The notes beneath the pieces were generated by a model. It did no database searches. It had not been told where the DNA came from and saw only the letters and a list, made by a program, of their open reading frames with translations. Source: Azolla caroliniana (taxonomy: Eukaryota > Plantae > Polypodiophyta). Taken from it: a stretch of DNA of 64,000 bases. Position numbers and translations under genes: made by a program. The stretch is taken from contig JBHGNT010000008.1 in assembly GCA_043228905.1 (NCBI GenBank), positions 11,718,001-11,782,000 of the forward strand, written 5' to 3'. Below, piece by piece: positions 52,962 to 64,000 of this stretch (position 1 is the stretch's first letter; each line of letters starts with the position of its first letter).

Positions 52962-54016
52962 AGTCTAAAGGGTTTGATTCTATTGCTCGTAAGGCCAATG
53001 GCAGTGTGGATACTGTTGATGTTGCGGCATGTTTAAAGGGCCCCATCTTGAAAGTAGATGTAGCAACTGACACAAGTGATCTGGTCACACAAGTTGATCA
53101 AGCATGTAGCACGGATGACTTGGTGTTGCAAGTAGATGCAGCATGTAGCACGGATGACTTGGTGTTGCAGGTAGATGCAGCATGTAGCACGGATGACTTG
53201 GTGTTGCAGGTAGATGCAGCATGTGATACCAGTGGATTGATATCGAGCAGAACAGTAGCTACATGCACTGAGGTAATCCAAGGATTGATAACTAAGTCGA
53301 CAAAACAAGAGCACCAGAATGTGAAGCTAGGCCCAACACAGTCGACTAGGGGTTTAAAGAGGAAAAGGACACCAGTTGTGTCAGCCGAACCTGAGCTGAT
53401 TGAGATTGATCGTATCCTACCAGAAAATGGTGTAACAGCGGCTCAGTTTCAGGAATGGAAACCTAAACCACTAGAAGTCGAGCGAAGAGCCTTGATCTTG
53501 GAGCTGGATAAAGTCTTGATGAGTGTGAGATATATGCAGCCAAGGAGGGACGCAAATCAGTTTCTAGAGTGGGCTGCGGAGTACTTCGATTTGTTTATTT
53601 GGAGTGAGAAACCAAAATCAGATGTGTGGAAGTGTTTGGCAAGATTCTTCCCAAAATGGCGAAGTCGTTTTAAAGGTCAATGGGCACGAGAAAATTGTGA
53701 GCAGATGGAAGCTGCAAGATTCAAGAGGCTTTCTGATTTTTGGGCTACTTGGCCTGAATATAATGCTGACAATACATTGATTTTGGATACAGAACATTTC
53801 CGACACTACTTCAATATTCGGAGATGCTGTCTCATTCTACCCGAGGAAATGCCTGAACAGTACCTGGTGCAAACAGTGAGCTGCCAACTAGGTGCATGGT
53901 TGTGGACTCCATACCGAGCTCAATATGCGGATAATATATGTAGACTCGTTCCACTGACTAGCAAGAGCTTAGCTGTTTATAGGAGATTTGTAGACATTTC
54001 CAATGGTAATTTATAA
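52962..54016 (+). CDS. FCP1/NIF (HAD-like) phosphatase-homology exon, probably an alternative last exon of the accessory gene (isoform b, 747 aa)
   Basis: ALILELDKVL...FLEWAAEYFDLFIWS...FKRLSDFW...YNADNTLILD resembles NIF/FCP1 domains, with DxDx(T/V) read as ELDKV. Acceptor TTGCAG before 52962 is phase 1, matching the donor at 48400. Confidence 0.65.
53101..53225 (+). repeat. 39-bp in-frame tandem repeat (ACSTDDLVLQVDA, 3+ copies)
   Basis: Units at 53101, 53140 and 53179, partial at 53218. Confidence 0.9.
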
Positions 54017-54160
54017 ATATGTAAAGAGATGACATTATTCAATGAAGAATTTAATTACTTGTTCCCACTGTACTTATCTACTATGTAATTTGAGGAATAT
54101 GTTGCAGATTGTTGATTTCATTCTATTGATGACTATTTAGCTATTGACAGCTAATTAGCT

Positions 54161-54675
54161 ACATTTGTACAGCTAATTAGCTGCATTTGTACAGCTAATT
54201 AACTACTGATGACTATTTCGCTATAACTTATAACTTAAAACTTAACAAAAAAGACATGATTTTATTGAGAAAGAAGCACAGAAAGCAGACTGTATACAAG
54301 AAATTGATTCCAAACGAATTTATTGATCTGTTTTCGCGAAATACATGTTTGTTTTACAAGAGAACATGGTAAGTGCTACTTGTAGCTACAAATTCCATGG
54401 CATACTATTGTAAATACATTTGTACAGCTAATTAGCTGCATTTGTACAGCTAATTAGCTACTGATGACTATTTCGCTATAACTTATAACTTAAAACTTAA
54501 CAAAAAAGACATGATTTTATTGAGAAAGAAGCACAGAAAGCAGACTGTATACAAGAAATTGATTCCAAACGAATTTATTGATCTGTTTTCGCGAAATACA
54601 TGTTTGTTTTACAAGAGAACATGGTAAGTGCTACTTGTAGCTACAAATTCCATGGCATACTATTGTAAATACATT
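54161..54675. repeat. 255-bp direct duplication covering the transposase stop and 3' UTR
   Basis: TGTACAGCTAATTAGCTGC at 54166 and 54421; CTACAAATTCCATGGCATAC occurs in both copies. Confidence 0.9.
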
Positions 54676-57600
54676 CATACACATTAGCACCAACAGTGTA
54701 TAAACCGGAGCAGCTATTGTATTCTGACATTGGGACGTTGATGCATCTGACCAAATGAGAGTACATATACGCTGCTGGTTTGTCTTCTAACAGCCTGTAC
54801 ACATATTCGTAGTCATCTAGTTTTGCATAAAAAATGCCTTCGATGTAGAATGTCCCGGCAGATACAAAATTTCCCCATGCATCTACAATATTCTGCCTTG
54901 CACACTGTTTACTAACCGTGCACTTTAATATATAGAAATCAGCACCCTCTGAATTGCCTTCTTCAGCATTTACAGCGAAGTTATCCCCAACGTTCAGGAC
55001 ATCACTCAAAGTATCTCCAAGTCCCTCATATGTGAAGTCAGCATTCTGCCCTGTTTCTCCATCAACTGCTTCCTTATCATTCAGAGTGTGATACTCCCAA
55101 TTCTGAATGTATGCTTTGTTTAGACAATATCTCCAATTTCCCTGCACACAATGGAAGCAAAAACAAGTCAATTCTCTCACCGCAATACAATGACCATCCA
55201 ACCTGGAATAACCGCGAACAGCATGCAGAGATCGCAATTCGGGAATTCCTTGGCACTCCCAGGTCTTCTCCCTATTTACTTCATCTATCTTCACTTCCCA
55301 AAATTCACGTTTGATATCTCGAACTTGCGAGGAATAAACACCTGTGGCACTCGTCGACATATTTGTTCTTAAAAATTCAACTACATGTGATGCACAATTC
55401 ATGTGCACACCATCTGTCTTTAGTTGTTCATGGGTAAGTGCCCGCTTTATAACAGCCCCTGCACCATCATGTTCACCTTTACCATGGCCAGACCCAAAAA
55501 AATTCCATCTCATCTCCAAACCTGTTATAGCAGGATACCTCCCCACAAAATAAAACGGACGTCGAGCCTTGAATTGTGACGCAGCTCCGTCAGACCAGAC
55601 CCAATGTTGAGTAAGCTCCAAACGTTGAGCTAATAACCACTGCCAATGTAACTTAAAACAGTGTTGGACGAACAAGGTATCATGCTTCTTATCATCGGAA
55701 ATAAAGAAATGAATTACTTTTTTAACATCACCTGAAACTCGAAAATATGTTATGTGCACAAAAATGGTTACCTGAATTGAACACCAATGCATAGATTGAA
55801 TTTCATTCTGCTGCTTGAAAGTATAATTCTCTGCGAAATCTACTACTGAGACTACTACATCATTTGGGAAATCAAATATGCAAGTCTTAAACTGATGGGC
55901 CTGCCATGAATAAATGAAGTTGTGTTTAATGAACTTTCCTAGAGATACTACAAACAGAGACACCAAATCCCTTGGTTTAAGCATCTTCCGAACTAGATCC
56001 TTTCTTTTACACACCTTTCCTTCGAAATTGGTGTTCACTGACTCAAATAACTTCACAGAGATCAATATTTCACTACTCAATTCATTTGGACACCACCTAA
56101 ATCTAGTAGGGCCACAATCTTGACATAAACCCATGACACATTTATGAATATGGAAGATAGCGTCAGATTCTCTCGGACACAATATTGAATCTAATAAATA
56201 ACTCATGGAAGAGATAACGTGCTCAGATGATTTACACTCCTCTTGCGGGCTTGATCGACAGATTTGGCACCCACATGTGCAAACTGTATTAGTTAGGGAT
56301 GCGCTATGGTGACGTAGTAGATTAACAGAGTCCTTCAGAAAACCCATCTGTACATGGTAAATGCAACAACATGTGTATCGATCCTTTAAGCGTCTCACAA
56401 AGTGTGGCTTAAGAGACTCGAATGTTCGTAGTTGAACTTTGATAGTTGGATGCATTCGTTTGAACCTAATAAATAAATCGACCTGCGTAATAAAGGGGAA
56501 TTAGTTATTCTCGTAACTAGCTAACTATCCTAGTAGCTAATTAGCTATTCTAGTAGCTAGTTAGCTATTCTAGTAGCTAGTTAGCTATTCTAGTAGCTAA
56601 TTAGCTATCATGGTAGCTAATTAGTTGTCCTAGTAGCTAATTAGCTATCATGGTAGTTAATTAGCTGTCGTAGTAGCTAATTAGCTATCATGGTAGCTAA
56701 TTAGCTATTCTAGTAGCTAATTAGCTATCATGGTAGCTAATTAGCTATCGTAGTAGCTAATTAGCTATCATGGTAGCTAATTAGCTGTCCTAGTAGCTAA
56801 TTGGTTGTCCTAGTAGCTAATTAGCTATCATGGTAGCTAATTAGCTGTCGTAGTAGCTAATTAGCTATCATGGTAGCTAATTAGCTATTCTAGTAGCTAA
56901 TTAGCTATCATGGTAGCTAATTAGCTGTCGTAGTAGCTAATTAGCTATCATGGTAGCTAATTAGCTGTCATAGTAGCTAATTAGCTATCATGGTAGCTAA
57001 TTAGCTATTCTAGTAGCTAATTAGCTATTCTAGTAGCTAATTAGCTATCATGGTAGCTAATTAGCTGTCGTAGTAGCTAATTAGCTATCATGGTAGCTAA
57101 TTAGCTGTCCTAGTAGCTAATTAGTTGTCCTAGTAGCTAATTAGCTATCATGGTGGCTAATTAGCTTGTCTACTAGCTAATTAGCTATCATGGTGGCTAA
57201 TTAGCTTTCCTAGTAACTAATTAGCTATCACGGTAGCTAATTAGCTAGTAGCTAATTAGTTACTAGGAAAGCTAATCAGCCACCATTATAGCTAATTAGC
57301 TACTAGACTAGCTAATTAGCTACCACGGTAGCTAATTAGCTGGTATAGTAGCTAATTAGCTATCATGGTAGCTAATTAGCTATCACGGTGGCTAATTAGC
57401 TGTCCTAGTAACTAATTAGCTATCATGGTAGCTAATTAGCTGGTCTAGTAGCTAATTAGCTGTAATGGTGGCTAATTAGCTATCCTAACTAATTAGCTAT
57501 CATGGTAGTAGCTATTGAGAGTAGCCAGTTACCTATGTAGTAGCTATCATAGTAGCTAATTAGCTATCATGGTAGCTAATTAGCTTTCCTAGTAGCTAAT

Positions 57601-58489
57601 TAGCTGGTAATAACGAAATAGCTAACTAGCTACCATGATAGCTAACTAGCTAGCAGTACAGCTAATTAGCTTTTCTGCTAACTGAGCTAATTAACTTTCT
57701 GAGTAGAGTCAAAACAAATGTTGAGATAAATGTAAATACCTGAGGTACATCAAGAAGATGAATGGGATGCTCCTCGTATTGATTTCTTCCAACACGTTTC
57801 CTGCATAAATCCTTTTTATTGGGTGAAACCCTACTCTCATTAGTCCAAAACATTGTGATTACATCCTTGATTTCAAATGTTATGGGTGTCATTGGCTTAC
57901 ATCTTGTAGTTAGCTTTAGTAGACTAGTTCCTTCACCCGAGGAAATTATACGGTTCATTGTATTGTACACTGTTTTTCTACTAACACCAATTACCTTAGA
58001 TAGCTCACTGATGTTTATATCGTCAACATCACTATTAAGTAACATCATTAGACTAGACCTTTTTAAGACAAGATCATCTTCTGACCTGCTCATGGATACG
58101 AAACTATTACGAAGATTATTTACTAAAATAGATGATATGTTTGCATTAAGACCATCACAATCAACTAAGTCCTTTATCGATGGATCATTACATATTCCAT
58201 AAAGTACTACCTTCTTTTCTTCATTGCTGATGTGCTTGGTTTGAACATTGAAATAGTCTACCACCTTTCTCTCTATGATGGTAGTCGCATTACTTACATT
58301 CTCATCTAAACTATCCTTACCTTTACTGAGTGTGGCTTTCGTATCCTTCAACAATTGACGATGTTTCCTTTTTTTTTCTGCCCAATAGTTTCGTATGGCT
58401 TGTTGTGTCCTGATAACATCATCCCTATCCTTATGATCATTGAGGGGTAATTCTAAACACCCTTCTTCCCCTTCCATTTGGCTAGACAT
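54641..58489 (-). CDS. Sola2-type DDD transposase, two exons (58489-57740 and 56482-54641), 863 aa
   Basis: The phase-0 GT-AG intron joins LLDVPQ to VDLFIRFKRMHPT in frame. Catalytic motifs VDFAENY, WSDGAASQFK and GHGKGEHDGAG; N-terminal HTH-like ISELSKVIGVSRKTVY; Cys clusters. Confidence 0.88.
56515..57695. repeat. Second TAGCTAATTAGCTA array (mostly 20-bp period) filling the transposase intron
   Basis: TAGTAGCTAATTAGCTATNN units stay in register at 20 bp over 56521-57240. Confidence 0.95.
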
Positions 58490-58825
58490 GTTAAAACCCT
58501 AAATTTCCAGAAAAAAAAACAAGTATTAAAGATGGCTATGGGCAACAACAATACACAAAAATATTCCACACAATACACAAGATTAGACACAACAATACAC
58601 AAGATAATCAATAGACAGAAAAGTTATTGCAATCCAAGACCGAACAGTAGAGGATTTCACTCTGTTGGATCCAACAGTTGAGGAGGCGATCCAAGACCGA
58701 CCAATGGCAACAACTGAGTGTAGAATGTTGCCGTTGGATGAGTGAACTCCGTCAAATCGAAATGTGGAAGCAATCCGGGACTGGACAGTAGTGGCAACTG
58801 AGTATAGAATGATGGCAATGGAGGA

Positions 58826-59558
58826 GAGAACCCCGTCAGATTGAACAGTTACCGATGATGCTTGAAACGCACATAGAAGGCACTTGAGAATAGAGTGGCA
58901 TAGAGAAGAGAACCCCGTCAGATTGAACAGTTACCAATGATGCTTGAAACGCACAGTAGCGGCCCCTGAGTGAGAGTGGAAAAGAGAAGAGAACCCCGTC
59001 AGATTGAACAGTTACCAATGATGCTTGAAACGCACAGTAGCGGCCCCTGAGTGAGAGTGGAAAAGAGAAGAGAACCCCGTCAGATTGAATAGCTCTTCGA
59101 TTATGCTTGGAACGCACAGTAGCAACCCCTGAGTGTAGAGTGGCAAAGAGAAGAGAACCCCGTCAGATTGAACAACTCTTTGATGATGCTTGGAACGCAC
59201 AGCAGCGGCCCCTGAGTGTAGAGTGGCACAAAGAAGAGAACCCCCTCAGATTGAACAGCTCTTTGATGATGCTTGGAACGCACAGTAATGGCCCCTGAGT
59301 GTAGAGTGGCACAGAGAAGAGAACCCCCTCAGATTGAACAGCTCTTTGATGATGCTTGGAACGCATAGTAATGGCCCCTGAGTGTAGAGTGGCACAGAGA
59401 AGAGAACCCCGTCAGATTGAACAGCTCTTTGATGATGCTTGGAATGCACAATAGTGGGCCCTGAGTGTAGAGTGTCACAGAGAAGAGAACCCCGTCAGAT
59501 TGAGCAGCTCTTTGATGATGCTTGGAACGCACAGTAGCAGCCCCTCAGTGTAGAGTGG
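58826..59558. repeat. Nine copies of an 81-83-bp minisatellite upstream of the transposase
   Basis: GAGAACCCCGTCAGATTGA-like starts at 58826, 58908, 58989, 59070, 59153, 59236, 59319, 59402 and 59485. Confidence 0.92.
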
Positions 59559-60348
59559 CGGCAGGTGGACTCGATAGGGTTTAGCAACAGTGGTAGCAAC
59601 TAACCCACAGTACTCAACTAGAGATGGCCTACGTGATGTGGCAAAGGATCATGCATAATGGACCTAGGAATTCGATATATAATTTATGGTACACATTTAT
59701 GGTGCACACATCAATTTATGTTGCACATTTATGGCACTCATTTACATATGTAATTAAAACACTCTAGTATTTTCAATGGTAGTTTTTTGCATACTTAATT
59801 TATTAATGATGGCTTTTTACTAAAATGACTATTTATCAATGGTAGCTTTTTGCATAGCTAATTAGCTATGTCAAGGACATAGCTAATTGTTTCCACTCGC
59901 ATGCTTTCACCCATTATGTATACTCCTATCTCAATATATATGGCCGATTCTAATATGTATATAGTATGTAATGCATGTATGTATGTGTATGTACATATTT
60001 ACATATGTTAATACATATTTCTACATATATTTATGTTTAGTCAGTATGCATGTATAAATGGGTGTAATGTATGTATATACATATTCATGGATGTAATGTT
60101 TGAATGTAGGTATATGCATGTATATGCTACTCCAAATTTGAGTATTGTTTGTATAATATATTCTTTACTCATTGAAATATCTAATATTTCATGGGCTTAT
60201 GTAATTTTTTTTTCCAGCATAATTGATAATACCCTTATGTAAATATATTTTCAAATCTTTATTAATACCCTTATATATATATATATTCTTTATCTCACTG
60301 ATTAATTTAAACCCCTTTTGAAGAACTCACGTGCTATCATACAAGTTT

Positions 60349-61391
60349 TGACAGTGAAGCCCCCGGGGTGCTTCATCACGAAGGCTGGCCTAGCCCTTTA
60401 CCGTTCTTCCCAGTTCCGGAACCTTCTAATCCTTCTGCGTAGTGTGAGCTTTGTCAGTTTCCCTGTTCGGCCTTGAAGGATCCAGATTTGTCCGAATCAG
60501 CACTGTCGGGGTAGTTGTGGTTCGTGCGGCGAAGTCGCAGGGACTAAGGTTAAGGGGAGTTCAAGGAAATTTTATAAGGCTTGCGCTCAAATGTTTGGAA
60601 GATAAAGGATATGAAGAATAATAGTTTAAAGTAATATGTGTGAGAGAGAGACTAGTATAGATAAAAGATAGAGGCAATGTATGATTCAAGACGCAAGATA
60701 GAGACAAAGTATGATTTAAGACAAAAAAGTTTATGATATGAATATGATGTGTACTACGAATACAAGATTTTACCAACTTTACAATGTTTGGTAGCAAGAT
60801 GAACCCTTTCTCTACCGACCCTTGATTCGAACTCTTGACTCCAACATGGAAACACGAGCCTCTTCACCAACAAGCTAACTTGTTTGTTTTTTTTATTATC
60901 TTATTTCTCTAACTTTCTCTTGATTCCCTCCCTTGTTTTCCCTTTCCCCTCTTTATATAAGTGTTGCCATGCATATGGTAATGTATGGGAGCATGGCATG
61001 CATGCAATGCATGAGTTACATGTAATGCATGATCGCCATTTGGCGCACATGCATTGCATGTGATGAATGATGGCTATGTATGAAAATAGATATGGGATAA
61101 GTATAATGATGAAAATGCATTCTAAAATAACTAACCTAGCTTAGTGGTGTATGCTTGGTGCTTGGTATACAAGGTTGAGGGTTCAAGTCCCTCAATTTTA
61201 CTTAATACAATATATAGCTTCATTCTTATATCATGAAGCACATTTATTACACACTTTTAGAAATAAATAGCCTAGCCTAGTGGTATGTACATTGTACATC
61301 GTATATAAGGATGTGGGTTCAAGTCTCTCAAATATTATTAAATACAACATTTAAGCTCATTTTTATATCGTGAAGCACATTCTTCACGACA
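60349..61391 (-). mobile_element. Isolated LTR (G4) of the same Gypsy group, truncating Copia D
   Basis: Ends CTTCACGACA like G2, with an imperfect other end TGACAGTGAAG. Same layout: pyrimidine tract, TATA at ~60953, GCATG-rich block, tRNA-like boxes. No TSD match. Confidence 0.65.
61130..61332 (+). promoter_or_regulatory. Two tandem tRNA-like A/B-box modules in the G4 LTR
   Basis: A TAGCTTAGTGG 61137 with B GGTTCAAGTCC 61180 (stem TTGAGGG/CCCTCAA); A TAGCCTAGTGG 61273 with B GGTTCAAGTCT 61316. Both have 43-nt spacing. Confidence 0.7.
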
Positions 61392-62764
61392 GCGCGCTTC
61401 TTCCAGCACTCGCTTTCTCTGTGGCCTTTCTTGCCACAATACCAATATTCTGTATCGTCCTTCCCTTGTCAGTTTCTAGCGCCATTTTGACTCCGCCTAC
61501 TCGTGGAGGGTCTAGAACTGTTGTCAGCACTATCTTGGTGCCTTCGATTCTCCTCTTGCCGGCTGCCTCCATTGAGGCCGACCCACCTCGTCCTCCACGC
61601 CCACGGGACTGATCCGCCTCCGTGTACAACATCTAATTGTCCGGTTGAGTGATCCTTGACCCACTCGTGTGGTTTTCGTCGACCATCAGCATCGATTGCA
61701 GGTCGAAGAAGGATGGTGGCTTCTCCCAGGTGCAGATCACCGTCCAGATTGGCCTGTCCTGTTGTGTTAGACCACCAAGGCAAATTTGTACCATTTCTTC
61801 TTCGTCCACTATCACATTGATGGACCCAAGCGCGTGACAAATCTCCTTTATTTTGGTGGTGTACTCCATAACTGACATATCTCTCTGCCAGATGTTGTTT
61901 AGCTCTTGCCGGAGCGGCAACTTACGGGCTGTAGTACTTGCGGTGAAAATCTTCTGAAGATTTTCCTAGGCCTCCTTCCGCGTTTTTGCATCCTTGATGT
62001 AGCCGAGCATCTGATCGTGCACACAGGATGTGAGGCAATACAACACTCTGCATGCTCCTTGTTCCCATGCTGGGAAGTCCTTGTGTGCTGGCTCCTTCCA
62101 CATAGCTCCAATAACCATGCGCCAATAGGTACTGGTGCATTTTATATGACCAGGATGCATAGTTGCTCCGATCGAGCTTTTCTATGGGAAGCGAACTTGC
62201 CATACCTCTGTCCATCTTGGTTCTCTTCTGTTCTTCATCAGGTGTTAGGGTTTGTCTTCGAAAGCATATGTCGGCTGCGGAGGAGTCTCAACCCTCGCGC
62301 TTTGATACCATGTTAAAGTTAATATGCGGAGGCGTATGACAAACCGGCTTAGTCGGATACTAACAGAACATAGAGAAGAAGGTTTAACGGAGACCTTACA
62401 CAAAGAATACAGGGGAGAGACAGAGAGAACAAAACATAAACTAAATTCAAAAATAATAATCCTCTATACATAGAATGTGCTCAAAGAGCACTTTTATACA
62501 AGTCCATAAAGGATTGACAAAAGTACTGACAGGTACTTCAATGCTCATACGAGCGACTGACACTGACTCCCAAAAATATGCCTATGTACTAGGCTAGATC
62601 CATAGGCCTCTAACGGCCTACCGGTTTCAATCTAATCCGGTTCTTCAATCTGGCTCCTGGTTCCGGATATCATCCGGACACCGATCTGGTTCTCCGTTCC
62701 GAACACCAATCCGACTCTGGCGTATTCAGCTGATCCGGATCCGGTTGAGCTTGCTCGCTCAACA
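61392..62764 (-). mobile_element. Copia D (family of Copia A): 5' LTR 62311-62764, iMet PBS, gag fragment
   Basis: PBS TGGTATCAAAGCG; gag MDRGMASSLPIEKLDRSNYASW; LTR similar to 7675-8134. Confidence 0.88.
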
Positions 62765-63781
62765 CTGATGAGTTGTGGCATAAGAGGTTGTGTCACATGA
62801 GACAAAAAGGAATGCAGAAACTTGCCGAGGACAACCTCATTCCGGAGGTGAAAGACGTGCATCGTGAGAAGTGCACCGATTGCTTGGCCTAAACCCTAAA
62901 CCGAACCTCTTTCTAGTCAAGCCCACCGATGAGACGAAATGCACCACTAGAACTTGTGCGTATAGATGCATGCCAAGTGGACACGAAATCACATGCCGGA
63001 TCACGGTATTTTGTGACGTTGATAGATGACCACAACCGGAAGCTATGGGTCTCACCACTGAAGACGAAGGACTAGGTATTATCCGTCTTCAAGAAATTCC
63101 ACGCGAGGGTGGAAACGGAAACCGGCCGAAGCTAAAGGTGGTTCAAGCGGACACCAGAGGAGAATACCGGGGCCAATTTGAGGAGTATTGCCGGTTGAAG
63201 GGAATCTGGCTCGAATTCACTGTCCCGAAGACACCGGAGGTGAACGGATTGGACGAAAGGATGAACCGAACCGTAATGGAGAAAGTCTAGAGCCTACTGG
63301 CACATGCTAAACTGTCCAAGACATTTGGGGCTAAGGCGCTGATGACAACCACGTATGTGATAAATAGATCACCGTCAGCGCCCTTCGACGGATACAGACC
63401 ACAGAAGGTATGGACCAGTTAAGACGTGTCTTACCGGCATCTGAAGGTGTTCGGTTGACTCACTTACGTGCATGTTGCAAAGGACAAGAGAGAAAAGTTG
63501 GATCCAAAGTCCCGACCATGCATATTCCTTAGATACGGCGATGATGAGTTTGGCTACTGAGTGTGGGACTAGGTTGACAAGAAGGTCTTCCGAAGTCGAG
63601 ACATAGTCTTCATGGAAGACAAGAATATTGCAAAATGGAAGTCAGAGAAGAAGATAGTGGACTTCGTGTCGACCGACAGAGATCGGTCAAAAGATACAAG
63701 GATTCATTCGGATGGAAGTCGGGTGAAACTCGAAGAACCAACCCGATTCGGACAAGAAACCAAACCAATCAAAGAGGACGA
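62765..63781 (+). pseudogene. Copia E integrase fragment (family of Copia B)
   Basis: LWHKRLCHM, FTVPKTPEVNGLDERMNRT and KLDPKSRPCIFL; overlaps the same region as Copia B, so it is a separate copy. Confidence 0.8.
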
Positions 63782-64000
63782 ATTTTCGGCAATAGTGTGA
63801 AAATCCCATAAAACGTACAAAAACGAGTATGAATCACATAATACAATAATTGTAAAGATAGTATTTTAAATAAATTTAATATCTAAGTACAAAATGATGG
63901 AGGTTTCGAATGCAGTTTATTACACGAGAAACGGACAACTAAATGTCAAGATATGAGGGTATAAAGTTTGTGAAAGGAAAAGAGAAAATTGTGAGATATC
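63782..64000 (+). mobile_element. Start of another G2-family LTR (terminal ~10 nt missing), running off the window
   Basis: Matches the reverse complement of ~9070-9281 (TTTTCGGCAATAGTGTGAAAATCCC...TGTGAGATATC). Confidence 0.85.

Larger units (their letters stand above)
46067..59912 (-). mobile_element. Sola2-type DNA transposon, 13.8 kb, apparently intact
   Basis: TIRs GGGTAAAAGCATGCGAGTGGAAACA (46067-46091) and TGTTTCCACTCGCATGCTTTCACCC (59888-59912) match at 24 of 25. TSD ATTA at 46063-46066 and 59913-59916. Encodes a DDD transposase. Confidence 0.92.

Noticed and set aside
58826-59558. CRISPR array or repeated small ORFs (MRSKHHQRAVQS...)
   Set aside because: The whole 81-83-bp unit repeats, and the ORFs shift frame from unit to unit, as expected for a minisatellite.

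Overview
Eukaryotic, transposon-dense DNA with no ordinary host gene. The element families suggest a seed-free land plant (moss, lycophyte or fern); this is inference. The window is a nest of LTR retrotransposons: several non-chromovirus Ty3/Gypsy copies with a tRNA-Trp PBS and 4-bp CG-centred target sites, an Athila/Tat-like relic, a chromovirus and at least five Ty1/Copia pieces. It also holds a truncated LINE, a decayed Sola1-like DNA transposon and a (TATG/TG)n-rich tract. Two things stand out. (1) An apparently intact 13.8-kb Sola2-type DNA transposon (46067-59912; 25-bp TIRs, ATTA TSD) carries a spliced 863-aa transposase and a convergent accessory gene. That gene has a RING-like domain and two possible terminal exons, one an FCP1/NIF-like pseudo-phosphatase. 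Introns of both genes and both element ends carry the palindrome TAGCTAATTAGCTA. (2) The LTRs of the Trp-primed Gypsy group carry an antisense tRNA-like A-box/B-box module, with 43-nt box spacing in all seven intact copies. These elements also show a conserved -1 frameshift site with a predicted pseudoknot after the protease. Coordinates were read by eye; family names rest on motifs, not database searches.
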